From NCBI GenBank assembly GCA_900088475.1, contig FLMG01004114.1:1-44772 (forward strand): 44,772 nucleotides of DNA. Direction: 5' to 3'. The notes beneath the pieces were generated by a model. It worked only from the letters and a program-made list of their open reading frames with translations, made no database searches and was not told where the DNA came from. Shown here one piece after another: positions 25,514 through 39,800 of this stretch. Each line of letters begins with the position of its first letter. Position 1 is the stretch's first letter. The stretch comes from Hyphochytrium catenoides. Lineage: Eukaryota > Protista > Hyphochytriomycota. The translations under genes were made by a program, and so were the position numbers.

Positions 25514-25756
25514 GTCGGCAACCCTTGTAAATGAACAGCTTTTAAGCGGTAAAATAGCTATAAGTTAGAGCTCGCCTAAGTATATGCATATGCCTTTCCA
25601 CTTTCTACTGCCATTGCTTTGAATCAGGAGCAAGGCTTGACTACTTTGTTACGGGGCCATTGATTCATGCTCCAAAATTCATTATCTGGCAAGCTAGGGA
25701 TCAAAGTGACCTTTTCCTCCTACCAGATATCCTATAGCTATCCTACCTACCCTGCC

Positions 25757-28700
25757 TTATGCTAGGGTCTCTCTGATCAGGGCCTCCTGTTCTACCTTAT
25801 GCAGAGCTCCGTAACCTGTGGCAGTTGCTGCGCTCGGGGCTCTCCCTGCATACTTTGGTCTGATCTCCTTGCCATTGATAGTCCGAGTAGCGGTTGCAAT
25901 TCTCGGATTTACATAGAACCACATGCCCATGTTTTTCGGCTCTTCTTGGGTCCAAACAACTTCAGCTTGAGGGTACCTGGCCACAGCTTCGGCAACGTGA
26001 TCAAAGGGGAATGGCGCAATCTGCTCTACGCGACAGATGGCAATGTCGTCCTTGTTCTGTTCCTTCCGTGCGTGGATGAGATCATAATAGACCTGTGGAC
26101 AGGAATGTTGATGAAGGAGAATTCAGTTGATTACCAATTACATTTTGTGCTCTCCGCTTTCACTCCCTTCCTCACCTTGCCACTGCAGAAGACCACCTTA
26201 CGAATTTGGTCATCAGGCTTTAGCCAAGTCTCCACCTATAGAATGATCAGTGAAAGGTATGTAAGGTGCCTACATAAAGCAAAGCACTCTACATTCTACA
26301 TGTCTAAGACGCAGACGTAAGGTAGACATATGCTCAGTCATAGATGATGCAAAACTAATAGAACCAGAAAAACCGCGAAGGGGCAAAGCCATTGGATAGG
26401 AGCCGATGGCCAATCTTTAGAGAATGGCACACACACACAAAGCTGAAAGAAAGAGTGCTGCGCGCCCTCACCTCTGGGAAGAACCTCTCAAACTTAGTGC
26501 CAGGTCCCATGTCCTCAAGTTTGGATGCTGCCTGCTTCAGTCTCAGAAGACTCTTCGGTTGAATAGAGATTAGGGGCTTTCGGAAGTCGCGGTGTATCTG
26601 ACGACGTAAAGCGTGATAGTACTGGGCAGGGGTTGAACAGTAGATCACCTAGCCAGAGAAAAGGTAAGCACTAGAAGCGTCATGTCCTGTATGCTCCTTG
26701 TATCGGGAGGTGAGTTTCTCTAGCCACGAGAGGTGTCGTTTCGAGGGGTCACACCAATATGGAGAGTGATCTAAGACCTGCCATCAGGCAGGGAAAGTAA
26801 ATAACTAATCTAACCTGCCAGTTGGTCTGTTGAATCTGCATCCTAGTCTCTTCGTCCATGACAGGCACGACGTCCTCGTCATCGTCACTGTTCTGGAGGA
26901 AGCGCTCGATCCTGGCGCTAGAATGCTCTGCACCCTGACCTTCGTAACCATGTGGAAGAAGGAGGACAATACCACATTGTCTCATCCATTTATCTTCTCC
27001 CGCACAAATGAACTGGTCAATCATAATCTGTGCACCGTTAACAAAATCTCCAAATTGAGCCTAATGAAGAAAGAGGAACACGCGGTAAGAAAGGGGAGTG
27101 CTTAGCGGACTGCAGAAGTTGCCTTTGAGAGCTAACCATTTGCGTGCATTGTTTCATACAGTCTTTCAAGTTCAAACACTAAATTGGGACTAAGCCCAAG
27201 GGCCAGGAAAGGCATAAGAAGGCCACGACTAAGGCATGGAACTCTAAGACTAGACCTACCTCCCACATGACCAGCGCGTTGGGATTTTCCAAGCTGTACC
27301 CGACCTCAAAGCCCAGGACTCCATACTCGGAAAGAGAACTGTTAGAGGCAATAAACTTTGCTTGGGAGTTTGGAGGCAGGTTCTTCAGCGGAGCTGTAGA
27401 AGGCCCGTAGACAAGCAGTTATACGCGCGGCAGAGCAGAGGACGAATGTTAGGCCACATGGACGTCAAAATGCATTACAGCAGTACAGGGGCATTATTTC
27501 TGGCGGCAGCAAGAAGAGGCTCCATCCAGTAGATGTAGGCCATTAGGTAATAGAGGAACGAGAAGATGAGAGTACAAAGGCTCACGCCCATTAAGAGCAT
27601 AGGGCGCCGTGAAAGGAAAGGAGACTGAATCCAGCGTTAAAAGGACTACAGCGTCATTTACCTCCAGGCAGGACAGATTCAGCAAGATGGTTGAGTGGGA
27701 CATAGGTGGAATTGTCACTCTGATCATGCAGTACTGCATGCCTGTGACTGAATGTTCCTCGCTCAACGTCCTGACCGGAGATGCGGACGTGATTGCCTTC
27801 CAGCAGGAGCGTTCCCCAAGCCAATGCCTCGGCGGTGGCCCAGTCCAGCCCTGTGTGAATCGACGTAACTTAACTGTTATTGCATTGTGTCTGCCATCAG
27901 TCAGAACAAGAAAGAGAGGATAACTAGACTGCGGGAGTTAGGATCGGCCTGCAGGTTGCCATATCCGAGTAGTCGAGAGCTCTGGTATTGGCCTAACCAT
28001 TACTACAGGCATGGAAAGTATCATCACCGCCGAAGGTTAAAGCAGTCACCCTCACCTTCTCCCTGCTCTATAGTTTGCTTCTTCTGCTGTACTATTCTCT
28101 TCAGATTGGGATGCAGGGCAAAGTCGTTGGGCATCTCACATAGCTTCAGACCCACGCGTCGAAGCAGTTCCAGGTCGACACCAGTGGTCCGTATTCTGGA
28201 TTGCTGGTCGGGACTCTTGAAGGAAGCCCACTACGGTAGAAAAGAGGGTGGAAGGTCAGGGGAGAGAATATAATGATACCTAATACGAAGTTATGGATAA
28301 GAAAGTTCAGCGAGGAGAGGTTTAGGGCCCTGTCAGAAAGTATTCCGCGGTCGTGAGACAGAAATGCACATCATAAAAAGGTAGCGAAGACCTTGAGAAA
28401 TCAGACTTAAGCATAAGCTAGTGTTGATGGAGTAGCACCTGATTTGCCAACCAATCCTTCTTGCTAGTCTGCCAGTTGGCGCTGTCGGCAAAGGAGTCCT
28501 CAAACACCTTGTGCACGTGATCGATCACTTCTTTGCACTCCTCCTTGCTCGCCACTCCATGGCCGACAAGCTAAGAGATAGTGGTAAGAAAGGGTCGCAT
28601 AGTCTTGAACGTCTTACACAGAAAACACAGAGAATCACAAGGCTGAAAGAGAGCACCAGGTTAGCAACCGTAAGATGTGGAGATTAAGCAGAAGCTGTGG

Positions 28701-31700
28701 AAGAGTCAATTTGTTGGATGACGCCGTACATAGTCCACATATTTATCGAATGAGGATTTCATTTGCGCGATCTTCTTGTACATAATTGGCTGAGTGAAGA
28801 GGGGCTGATCCAGCTCGTTATGACCATTTTTCCTATAGCAAACCTGTAGGCAGTGTGAGAACGGACACAATCTCTACCGTTGTTTACCCGCCTTAACAGG
28901 ATGACAGTTTGCTCACCAGATCAATAATGATGTCCTCTCCCCACTCCTGTCGCCACTCCGCTGCCAGCTCAAAGACCTGGGTGATGAGAGCAATGACTGA
29001 GCATAATCACACTGTAATGAGCTAGCTGCTTGCAATACCTCTCTACACGTCTAAACTCCACGCCATCCCCTCCAATAACTTACACTCGCCAGCTGAACTC
29101 ATTATTTCGTACCTTAACCACCATGATGGGGTCATCGGCATTGACGTGCAGAATTGGAATTTCGAAGGCCTTCCCGACGTCTGTGCAGTATTGCGAGGAG
29201 CGGCTCTGCTTCGGGTCGGTCGTAAACCCGACCTGGTTGTTCACGACGACATGAATGGTGCCCCCCGTGTGATAGTTGTCTAAGTGAGAAAAGTGCATGG
29301 TCTCGTACACGACGCCTGGGCGCGGAGATCCCATGGCAAGTGAAAAAGGCAGTATCGACAGGACGCGTTAGATCAAAGCATCGGTTAGAATCAAAATTAG
29401 AGCACAAGAGGAGCAGCGAACAAGATCGAAGAATGAAGTGCCAGATACGTCCCTATGCTGTTAACAGGCACAATATCTTGTAGATGATGAGAGAAAGGTA
29501 AGGAAGGAGGTTGGATGTACCTTGTCCTGAAAAAGCCGCATCACCGTGCAAGAGGACTGGAAGCACCTTCTTGAGAGATTCTTCGTCATCTCCCATGTAG
29601 AATTGCTTTGCTCTTGCCTTACCCTCGACGACAGGGTTGACAGCCTGTGATAGCAAACATTAAGATTGCGCGAGATGACAAACTCACAGATACACACTCT
29701 CAGAAACGGTAGGACAGGTACCAGGCAAGTGCCTCCCAGGCAAGTGCCTCCCGAGCAGGTTGTGTTGCATAGGCAATCGCACGATAATGATAGACACACA
29801 CCGAGACAGGAGGAATGCAGCTACAAGATATTGCAAACGAAACTAACCTCTAGATGAGAAGGGTTCGCGACTAGAGAGAGATGCAGGGTCCGTCCATCAG
29901 GGTAGGTTCTATCGTAAGAAGTACCAAGGTGATATTTCACGTCTCCACTGCTAGACCAATTTCCTGTCAAGTGTTCCTTCTCATACTGCTCCAGATCGAA
30001 GTGCGTGCCTAATGAGAAGTTGAGAACGACAGCAACGTGGGGGCTACGCAGCTGGATAATATCACCTTGAAATTCCTTAAAGAGTTGTGCAAGAGGTTTC
30101 CTAACAACGTTCGCAAGAACGTTAAGGCGACCGCGATGTGGCATTCCCATCACCACGCTTGTTACTCCCAGTTCAGACGCTCTATTAGAACCATAGATGA
30201 AATAGTTAGGGCTAGATGAGATGTCAAGCGCTGAGAGGATCAAATCAGAGACGCCCAAATTAGTCGACTCGAACGCTCGTTTCAAGAAGCGGCAACCTCC
30301 TCGGCATGGAAGTGCGCCGAAGAGGGATAGTTTTTCATAAGATGTGGTGGAGAACGACAAGCTGACCTGTCCATCATAAACTTCAGGCCAGGAATGAGGG
30401 TCTCGCCTCCTTCTACGCCGAATCTCTTGGTGGTGTTATACTTGTTTGCTAGGAAAGTTTCAAAAATGTGACCAAAGCCATGGCGCTCGAGGATGTGGAT
30501 CGCCTTTTCCTTGCTGACAGCCCTCTCCCTGTTGAGGTTCCATACCGTTATAATGTTGTACGGCAGCAAGGAATTGAACTTTGTTAACAGAGGTCGTAAG
30601 AGCATACTTTAGATTTTCCACGTGACTACGGATCCAGTTGCAGCGTCCACGGTCTCCCATGTGCATGTATTCCTGTGTCAACACCGTCAGACAAACTTCT
30701 CCATTTTCTCACCCTATCTCAATATGTCACATACCACTCCGAGCGTACCGCAGTAGGTCTCCTCCAACTTGTCTACCAGTTCCCGGAGGGTCACGGCACC
30801 TTTCTTGCTTAGCTCAGGCAAGATACCAGTAAAGCCCACCCCACTGTTGAGTAACAATCGTTAAAGAAGTATTGAGGAGTCGGAATATCGGATGAAGAAG
30901 AAGCAACTATCGGCTAGTCGAGGGCCCGGACAAATCCATCTGCTGTTCGAGGAAACGCTTCAAGGCAAATGAGAGATGATAAAAGTAGGGACGAAAAAGC
31001 GCCTAGTCCACGAACCACCCTGGTCTAAGAAAAAAGGTAACTTACAAGTTCGGCGGTACGACGATGGGCCTATCAAGATCTTTCTCGGTAAAGCCATAGG
31101 CCTCAATTTTGAGTTCCTCCGGACGAGGGTTGTGGCTGAGCTCGAGAGGATCCAGCTTCGATATCTCGTGTCCCCGCACCTGGTAAGCGCGAATGAGGTA
31201 GCTGAGGCCCAGACTGTCGTCTGACTTGCCTACTGCTGCATTCATTTGTGCAGGAACAGGCTTAACACCTGGTAGATAGCAAGATTGAGGACTGTCAGTA
31301 ACCAGCACTCTCTCATTCTCTACAAACGCCTTTCTTCTCCGATGCTCCTCAATCTTCCTTCAGGAATTCTAGGTACTCTCGAATGCTCTCGAATGTGACC
31401 CATCTGCTCAAACTACGTCCTAATATTGTAGAGCTCTTCAAGCTTATTGAGGTCTACAACTCACCTGGTTGAAGCTGTGGTGGTGCCAAAAAGGCTGCCC
31501 CTTGTGGAGCTCCGGCCTCTACCGCGCGGAAATAGACGTCCCACGACTTATGTACACTAGGACGACGTGAGGATGCCATTTAGCCGGAATGCAAAGAGAC
31601 AGCAAAGAAAAACAAAGGCGAGGGTAACGACCTCCACCTCTAAACAAAGAGCTTTGCTTTTCGCAGGGACGAAAGGAGTCACAAATCGACGATGCACACC

Positions 31701-31996
31701 TCTCAGGATTCTCTCGCCAGAGTCGGTACATCTCCTCCATGTAGACACTGTTGCTTCCTGAGAGAAAGGACTCTGATGGATGTGGTGGAGCGCTGACGGC
31801 GAGAGCTCTAACCGCTCCATGCTTATGTTTGCTCACATTCTGCATGAGGAGAGTCAGAATAGGGCATGACAGGATCGGACGCAAGATCATCACCCAACAA
31901 GGTTACCTTAATAAAACTTGGCCTCACTGGCACCACTGCTGCTCTTGTAACCTTACGCGCAGCCTGCGAGAGGCTCGATAACATCTTAGACGCCAT
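25757..31996 (-). CDS. OGDH: 2-oxoglutarate dehydrogenase E1 component, mitochondrial (roughly 19-20 exons)
   Basis: Spliced translation gives [71 protein letters not shown] (ThDP motif), [63 protein letters not shown]. All introns GT-AG. Confidence 0.97.
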
Positions 31997-32529
31997 TAGA
32001 CCTAGCGGAGTGATACCTCTCTGACTGACAGCAAGCTAAGAGAGATTTGACCAATGACCGCGACCTTGGCCTTTACTCAGTCGCATTGAGAGTCCCCGTT
32101 GTCAACGACTCCACACTGCGGATGACTGCAAAGACACGCAGAAGCGCTAGCGCCAGCTGTTCGCAGGGACCACTAACTACAAATTGATCTGCTTCGAGTA
32201 TTTCCCCTCGCGCCGTCGCGACGAGCCCTCTCTTCATAACGATGGAAGACATTATTTATAAATCTCGCGCTGCTTCTTATTATCCTCATCGCCTTGACAA
32301 GGGGGCGAAGCCATAAGGAGAAAGCTCCGTTGCGCTATTAGTCCGTTGGTCCACAACATCACCAGATCATGGGAATCCAAAACTCCCCCATCTAGCTCTT
32401 GATTTTTCCCTAGGTTACTACTACGCGCTATGCGCTGGCAAGAGTGTCAATAGATAATCTTACTATGTCAACTTTCCTTCAGAAGATTATTACTGACTTG
32501 ATTTACTTCTGGTTTGTATTGAAGGAGCT

Positions 32530-34300
32530 GTGATGACCGAAGGGGTTACTATTGGTCCGTAGGGTCTGTTGGGAAGTTGGAAACATCTAGTACTCCAGGG
32601 GTAGATCTGATTGTTTTTGATTGTTGATGATGGCCGCTGGAGCTGCGGCTGGAGGAGTTCCGCTGATACACGGAAGAACTGATTCTGATTGTGACCTGGA
32701 CTGCATACAAGCAGCTCTCATCATCATCATGGTCCGATCTTCATCTACAGAGTTCAACTTCCAGACTAACCTCCTCTCACGGCACTCGATAACCTAACAC
32801 ATGCGGATTCTATATGGAACTCAGTTGTTTTACACCAAGATCACCGAGAATCTCGTCTGCAATGCTTTCTCCCATTTATTTAAGGAAGTAGGCTGGAAGA
32901 AGAAGGTACTCATAAGATGCCTGCTAAGCCCTGACCTTTTGGTCCTGAGTGGTCATTAGACCATAATCGCTATCTTGATGGAAAATTCCTAGCCTTGATG
33001 TCAGTACATTGATCCGCCCTCTATTCAGTATTGGAGAGGATGATCAGGAGGACGAATGGGTCAGGAGAAGACGCCTGCTTCATTTAAGAATGACCACTAG
33101 AACATATCTATCTCCCAGGCCGATATGAAAGGCAAAAAGGGTGTTAAGGGGTCATACAGGCAATAGGTGATGACCTAACGTTTCTGTTTTGTTAGCACCT
33201 CCGCCTGATTTCGCATGGCCGACAACCAGCCTCATGTTCTTCCTTGTGTGAGTAACCCATCCCAATACAACAGCTATCCTGAAGCTTTCGCCTATAGTGT
33301 AGTGAGGGATGCAATGAAGCAGTCCAATGAAATGAGCCCACTCATAGAGGAGCACAGGAATTGAGCCCAACCATATTATTGGTAAGAGAGGTATCACTTC
33401 AGAATCTGGCTGGGACAGAGCCCGTGACGCTGGGAAGTCAAGACAACCCCACATGAGGAGGCCCGGGGAGGTTGCCTTGACATAAAGCCTTTTATTAATG
33501 GGGTAATGGGTCGTAGAAGTCAAGGCGGTGAGGGCCGTTACAAGGTCCGAAGGAGTTTAATCCTATCAACAACCCGAAGCAGTTCTCCCTTGTATCTCTA
33601 AACAGTGGTTCCATCTACAAGTGCACAACTTGAGGAAAGTATTATGCTGGACAACATTCCAAAGAGTCCTGCCGACTCTTTGTTTTTCAAAGCTCACACT
33701 ACACAGCGAACCAGCACCAAATCATGAAGAAAAGTGAACACCCACAGCACCCCACAGTCATTTTGGGACAACACTACCTTCTAAGGTTACTGCTTGATGA
33801 CGGATGTAATAAAGGCTGGGAGGGTACCATACTTCCCATCTCGTTTCTTATTACTATTCACACGATCGGATCCGGTTAATCTCTACCTTCTGGCTGAACC
33901 TGTAACCTCATTAATCTTCGTCCACCAGCACTGAATCTGCTTACAAATCGAGCCTACTTGCACTCACTCACACCGTGGCTGCAAAGGCGCCATTACTATC
34001 CATGATCAATCTTCCCTTGACTCTTCCTGGGAATGAGGACCAAGTAACAGAGAAAGAGCTCACTCTACTTCGTTATCAACAAATTCTCAGATGTGACTGA
34101 GCTGATGAGTTCTATTTCTAGTGGCATCCCAGACGCTTTCCCGGAGCCGCTTGGCTAAATTTGGATCGTCTCAGTCTCACCCCATAGAACTACCATAGAC
34201 CCTTGATGCAGTAGCTTCCTAGTGGAAGAGCGTATGGCCCTCTAGCCCTGTCTTATATTTGGCGGTTGAAGGAAGAGTTGGCCACGCAACATCAGAAAGG
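32530..34300 (+). mobile_element. Highly degenerate Ty3/Gypsy pol remnant (RNase H-integrase region)
   Basis: From 32649 the plus strand reads LEEFR*YTEELILIVTWTAYKQL, then EFNFQ...AD, matching the Gypsy RNase H pattern LEHWRHYL..G..VWTDHKNL...EFNFQI..N..ADAL. Weaker integrase-like traces at ~33690-33890. Multiple stops; boundaries approximate. Confidence 0.6.
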
Positions 34301-35153
34301 AATGGTTCAACAATTTTCTTGCTCTAAAGCCTATACTTTGTCCCTTGGAGTGGGACGTTACATGCTTTAACTAGATTATGGGAAACGTCTCCCTCCACCC
34401 GGAGGTCCTAAGCTAGGGCACCGCACCCTATGGCTTTTGATTCAATTTGGATTGATGACTCGCCTATTGAAGAGGCCTGTGCAAGAGGCGGTCATTCTTT
34501 CCTCGTCAACGTGAAAGATTCACGTTATTGTTATCCTTATATATGTTCTCAGTGACGGAAAGATAAAAAGTTCCTCTTCGCTGAATATTTCTTGAAGCTG
34601 GGTTTTAAGCGGAGGTGGTGGGTTGTTAGGGGAAAAGTGTACAGTCCAATTACCCAAGTGGTCACAGGAAGCCTTCTGATTGGTCAGAATCTCCCGTAAC
34701 AAGATCTTTGCTGCTTTGGTTTTAGGGACACAGAGAGCGGCGAGAGACGGACTAGGCTAGAAAGAGTGTGACATTCTAGGTCAAGTCAATAAACAGTAAG
34801 CGAAACAGAGGCGTTCGAGGTAAAGAGTGAGCAATGTCACTTCCTGGGATGTGAAGACTTGTATAGTACCTTGAATTCTAAGAGCTATGCTTTTCCTATA
34901 GGCTTCACAGCTATTTATGAGAAGCGGTGGTGGAGAGCCAGATGTTGACATTGCTGCGATCACACAGCTGGCTCCCCAAGGGATTGCACTGCAACTTCCA
35001 GATCTACCCTCCTGTCCACCCTCATAAAGCTGGTTTCACGCAGACTCGCAAGCTTTGAGTCTCATCACTTTTGATCTTCTCACGCAGAAAGCAACCCAGA
35101 TCGAGATCACAACCGCAATCACAAGCACAAAGTAAAACCGAGGATCAGGCAGC

Positions 35154-35654
35154 ATGGCCAACGTACTGAAGAATGTAGGCAAGGTGGTCGTTCGGGAGGC
35201 TGGCGCTAAGGGCAAGGGCCTTTTTGCCACGGCTCCAGTAAGACGGGGCGAGGTTCTCTGCTCCAGCGGCGGGGAACTCAAGTCTTCGCCAACCAAATAC
35301 ACAGTCCAATATGATGAGAAGACTCACATTGACGTGCAGCCTCCTCTAGTTTTTGCCAACCACCACTGCTCTCCTAATGCCAAGATCAATTTCGAGGGAA
35401 AGACGGTGCTTCTGGAGGCTCTGGAGGAGATTAAACCAGAGGACGAGATCTTCTTCGACTATAACACAACCGAAGTCAGCATGGATTCACCATTCAAGTG
35501 TGAATGCGGCTCGCCGGAGTGTCATGGGCATATCAAGGGTTTCGTCCACCTGCCATCAAGCAAGTGGGACGCTATGCGAAAGAAACTTTCACCATATGTC
35601 CTGCGGGTGTTAGAACAGATGGAAGCGGAGCAAGACAAGCGAGAAGCGGCATAA
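35154..35654 (+). CDS. Small intronless SET + post-SET domain protein-lysine methyltransferase
   Basis: 166 aa ORF with KGKGLFA, FANHHCSPNA, EIFFDY and post-SET CECGSPEC motifs. Confidence 0.9.
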   Translation: MANVLKNVGKVVVREAGAKGKGLFATAPVRRGEVLCSSGGELKSSPTKYTVQYDEKTHIDVQPPLVFANHHCSPNAKINFEGKTVLLEALEEIKPEDEIFFDYNTTEVSMDSPFKCECGSPECHGHIKGFVHLPSSKWDAMRKKLSPYVLRVLEQMEAEQDKREAA

Positions 35655-36880
35655 CTTATTAGCGGTTAGGATAGTCGTAAGCCTCTTATTTATGACGCTC
35701 TCTCGTTATACCTTGATAGCGGACAGAGCCCCTCGCATCAGTAACTAAAAATACCATCATTTTTATTAAGACAACGGCGCAGAGTGCTCCAAGAGTCCAA
35801 ATGACAGCGGATTATGCGGCGCAGCTGGACGTACGCTGTTGAGACCGTTTGCTGCAGGTACTGGGCCGCCGAGTGATCGCTGGCTTCATAGTGTAGACGT
35901 GGTGACTCGTCTTAAAACAACCGCCTGGGCTATGGTTGTTGATGCTGTTAGCATGCCAAAAAGGATCTCACCTTCAGGCGACGCCCCTTTGTTAAGTTTG
36001 GGCTGTCATGTCCCTAAAAATACAGGTCGCTGGACCAGAGCCTTGACAACTGTGATGGGAGTAAAACATTTGTTATCTGTTGCCAACCCATTTTTCATTT
36101 CAATGTCTAGACATGTAACCAGATGAAGGCAGCGACCGCGACCTCAACCATAGCGTATGAAATAGGAAAGCAGATGCTAGGTGCTGGTGCTGAGAGATAT
36201 TAGATGGGCGGCCGAGCAGTCGTACTCCACATAAAATCCATGCTTGACCGAGGCGTAGCTTGGCTAACTATGTATAGATGTGGGCACTTACCACTTCAAT
36301 TGTCATTCCCAAGAATGCTTATTAGTCTCTCCCTTAGCTGAAAGATCCATTGGTCAGGACCGCTGGTCTTATAGACGATATCATAGTCAGTACGTTGCAG
36401 TAGGCAACGGCATGTTGTAAGCTGCGTGCCATCACTAATAAGTCACCATCTGCTTGGGCTCTGTATCTGCCCAACAAGTCATTGAAGAAGTTTCTTTGGC
36501 CCGCAGGCAGAAAGGTCACCACAACCAAGATATTGGACTGTAATTATACATTCTCAATATGTAGAATTGGACGTGAGAAAGGGTCTTGACAGTAACATAT
36601 CAGAAGCTACACTTTGGGAAATCGTTCATTTAGCGATTCTGACAGCTTCGAGGCGTAGTTGTCTCTTTATAGAAAAAAGAACCAAGCCTGGGCTGTAACA
36701 GAAATAGAGTCTTCAGAGCTGTTGGGGGTGAGCTCAGTCGACGTTTTCCTGCCGGCGCACGTGGCTGGGTTGGACGGTAGCGGCGTGACAGACAAGAGGA
36801 GACTAAGGATATAACACTTAAAGCGCTGTGCAGGCAGTCGACCACTCTCTCAGCAGTAGAGGAACCTTAGAGGAGAAATC

Positions 36881-39800
36881 ATGAACGGTGATTCTCCGCA
36901 ACGTCGGGTTCAAGCACAAAGCGCTGGCACCAAGAAGAAGGCTCCAGACCCCGTCCTTACTGAGCATTTCTGCACTCGCCTTGTCCTTTTCCTTTTAGAG
37001 GCACTGACTGATAAGCTAAGCGTAGCAAGTCTCTTTCTCATTCTGCCTGAGAATCCGCTTCCGAATGAAGCGTTTACTCTTTCACGGGAGGCGTTTAGGG
37101 TCTTCGTTGGCGGATTTAGGGACACCACCGGCATCAGGCTGTCAGGAGTCTCGCCATCCCGTGTCATTTTTTGGCTGAAAAGCAAAGGTATTGTACTGAA
37201 GCGCAATAGCAAGGAGCATCTCAGATTTGTACAGGTACGTTTTTACAATAAATGCTAAACAACTCAACGCCTCAGCGATCTTAGACCAGATCTTGCTGTT
37301 CTTCTCGTACAGGATTGGGAAGCGAAGTGCTCAGCTCTACTGTCGACTGGCTCAGAAAACGTGAGTACGGCAATGAGCCTAATACTTCGGAGCTTCTGGG
37401 TCCTTCTACGTACTAATTGCTTGCACTGTTTCTCTAGCAAGCCCAGCAACCGAAACCGAGATCGAAGAAAAAGAAGAAGAAGCCGAAGTCAGAGAAGGAA
37501 AGTGCTCAAGGACATACTCCTTCGCAAAGCAATTTGATTGCGGTTCCAGTCACCACTGTAGCACAAGCACATCCAAACAAAACAAAAACCTCTCGGCAGA
37601 GAAAGAATGAGCGCTTGCAGTATGTTCAGCTGGCACAAATTTGCAGCGACAAAGGAGCGTTACAAGTGACAGAACTGAATCTGCCGTCGTATGTGCCTCC
37701 ACGAGAAGTTCTAGAGCTTACTCTAACAGCCACAAACTGCTCTGATGGAAATGTTGTTGAGATACTATCGTTTGGGACCAAAGAAAGGGCTAAGAATCCA
37801 CAAGTTCTGCCTCAGGAGCTTGCACCCTCCCAGTCTCTCATCCACCCTGGACAGAGCTTGGAGCTAAAGGTTACTGTTAGAGGCGACACTTACGGGGTCC
37901 TGAGGGCCCTGCTACTCATCCGCTTCAGACAAACACACGATGCTAGCACCGGGCACTGGACGGAGGAAACAATCGGTAGAAACTTGGTTCTTCCAATTTC
38001 GTCGCCTGATCTAGAAGCTTTGCGGGGTCAAGATGGGCCACCGCGCTCCCCTCCGCTCCCGTTGGGCTTACCAACGGACGTATATCATGGAGAGCAGCCG
38101 CCTGCGGTTCCTGGTGCGACATATGAAAGACGGCTGAAGCAGTATCCGTACTCAAAGAAGCTAGATTCGATGCCTCTGGGTGCCCTCGTGCATTCCGCTC
38201 TCAAAAGCTTTGAAGAAGGAGAAAATGATTGGCTTTCGTTGTGGGAGCTTGCTCTTCATCTTGAGGAGTTTCAGATGACGCGTGATATTAAGAAATTCCA
38301 ACTCCAAGCTGCCGAGCTCCTTCCGCTTGGTAAGAATTCTAAGCTCTTCCGTCTCGCGGTTCCTGGACTGGCCGAGAAGCGACCTTCTGTTTTGATTGGA
38401 GACTCCATTCAGGTGCGGGAATCAGAGAACTCAAACACCCTCTACGTGGGCTACGTCCAAGCGGTGGCTTTGGAGGAAATTACCGTGAGCTTCCATCAGC
38501 GTCTGGTAGAGTCTCATATTAAGGGCAAGAGGTACATTGTTGACTTCATGCTTAACCGCATTCCGCTGAGAATTATGTACCGGGCCCTCGAAATGTGCAA
38601 AAGAGGAGAGGGAGGGTCCTATGGAATGAGCTTTTCCCCTCTCTTGCAGGGAGGATTAAAGAGGCTACTCGCCTCCCCCGGGCACGTAGAGGTCGTCTCT
38701 CAGTTGTCCCTACCAAACCTTACATTTCGTAACCGTCTGTTGAACGACCTGCAGCAGCAAGCGGTCCGGCATATCCTGGCTGCTCAGAGCCCTGAGAAAC
38801 CTTACATTATATTTGGTCCACCAGGTACAGGGAAGACTGTGACGGTTGTTGAGGCAATCCAACAGCTGTGCCGACTCCATGGTGATAACGTGAAGATCTT
38901 GGTATGTACCCCTAGCAACTGGGCCGCGGACCTGTTCATTACAAGGCTGAAGAGCTCCCATAATGCTAGGGAGATGCTCAGGTTATACGCCTACAGCCGT
39001 AGTGTGTCTGAGATTGACCCTATAGCTCTAAGTGGCGGCTATGCCAATCTTGATGCCAGCGGCCAGTTCTTCGTTCTACCCCCTCGAGAACTAGTTGAGA
39101 AATTCCAGGTGGTGGTAACTACTTGTATGATGGCCGGAAAACTGGTGGGTTTAGGGATGACAGAGCACTTCTCTCACATCTTCATGGACGAGAGTGGCCA
39201 AACGATGCCTCCTGAGGCACTGGTGCCAGTTTCTTGCCTATTGCGAAGACCTGAGCAGTCGTCCGTGAAACCGAGGATAGTGTTGGCAGGAGATCCTCGA
39301 CAGGTTTAAGTCTTCTCTTCTAGTCTTCAGCGTTGATAACGTCCTCTCTCTATTTCCTAGTTTATCAGTGTCTTCTCCTATCTCTAACGGATCTTCTTCT
39401 ATTCTGTTACTGCTCTTGGTGTATCGTTCATCAGGCCTCTTTCTCTATGTCTTTGTTAAGCTGGTGGCTAAACTTCCTCACGTCCGCGTTCCGACTGCAG
39501 CTGGGCCCGGTTATCCGCTCTTCCTACGCTAAGGCCTTGGGTCTTGGGAAGTCCATCTTGGAACACCTTGTAGAGGATGGCTCTTCCTCATACCGTGGTC
39601 GCTCTCCGCACTTGATCACCATTTTGAGGAATAACTACCGCTCACATCCGGCCATTCTGAAGATTGCCTCTGACATGTTTTACGGCTCATATCTTCTACC
39701 ATGCGCTGATCCGGTGAAAAGGAATGCTTTCATGGGCTGGGAAAAGCTGCCCAATCCTGATTTTCCGGTGATCTTTCATGGGGTCATCGGCAGAGATGAA

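Noticed and set aside
29721-29752. Tandem duplication of CCAGGCAAGTGCCTC in an OGDH intron
   Set aside because: Two adjacent copies with no spacers indicate simple slippage, not a CRISPR or functional array.
25757-31996. Possible stop-codon reassignment or non-canonical introns suggested by fragmented ORFs
   Set aside because: Walking the conserved OGDH gene shows all breaks are explained by in-phase GT-AG introns under the standard code.
35700-36850. Short ORFs between the SET and MOV10 genes
   Set aside because: No recognisable motifs or coherent splice pattern.
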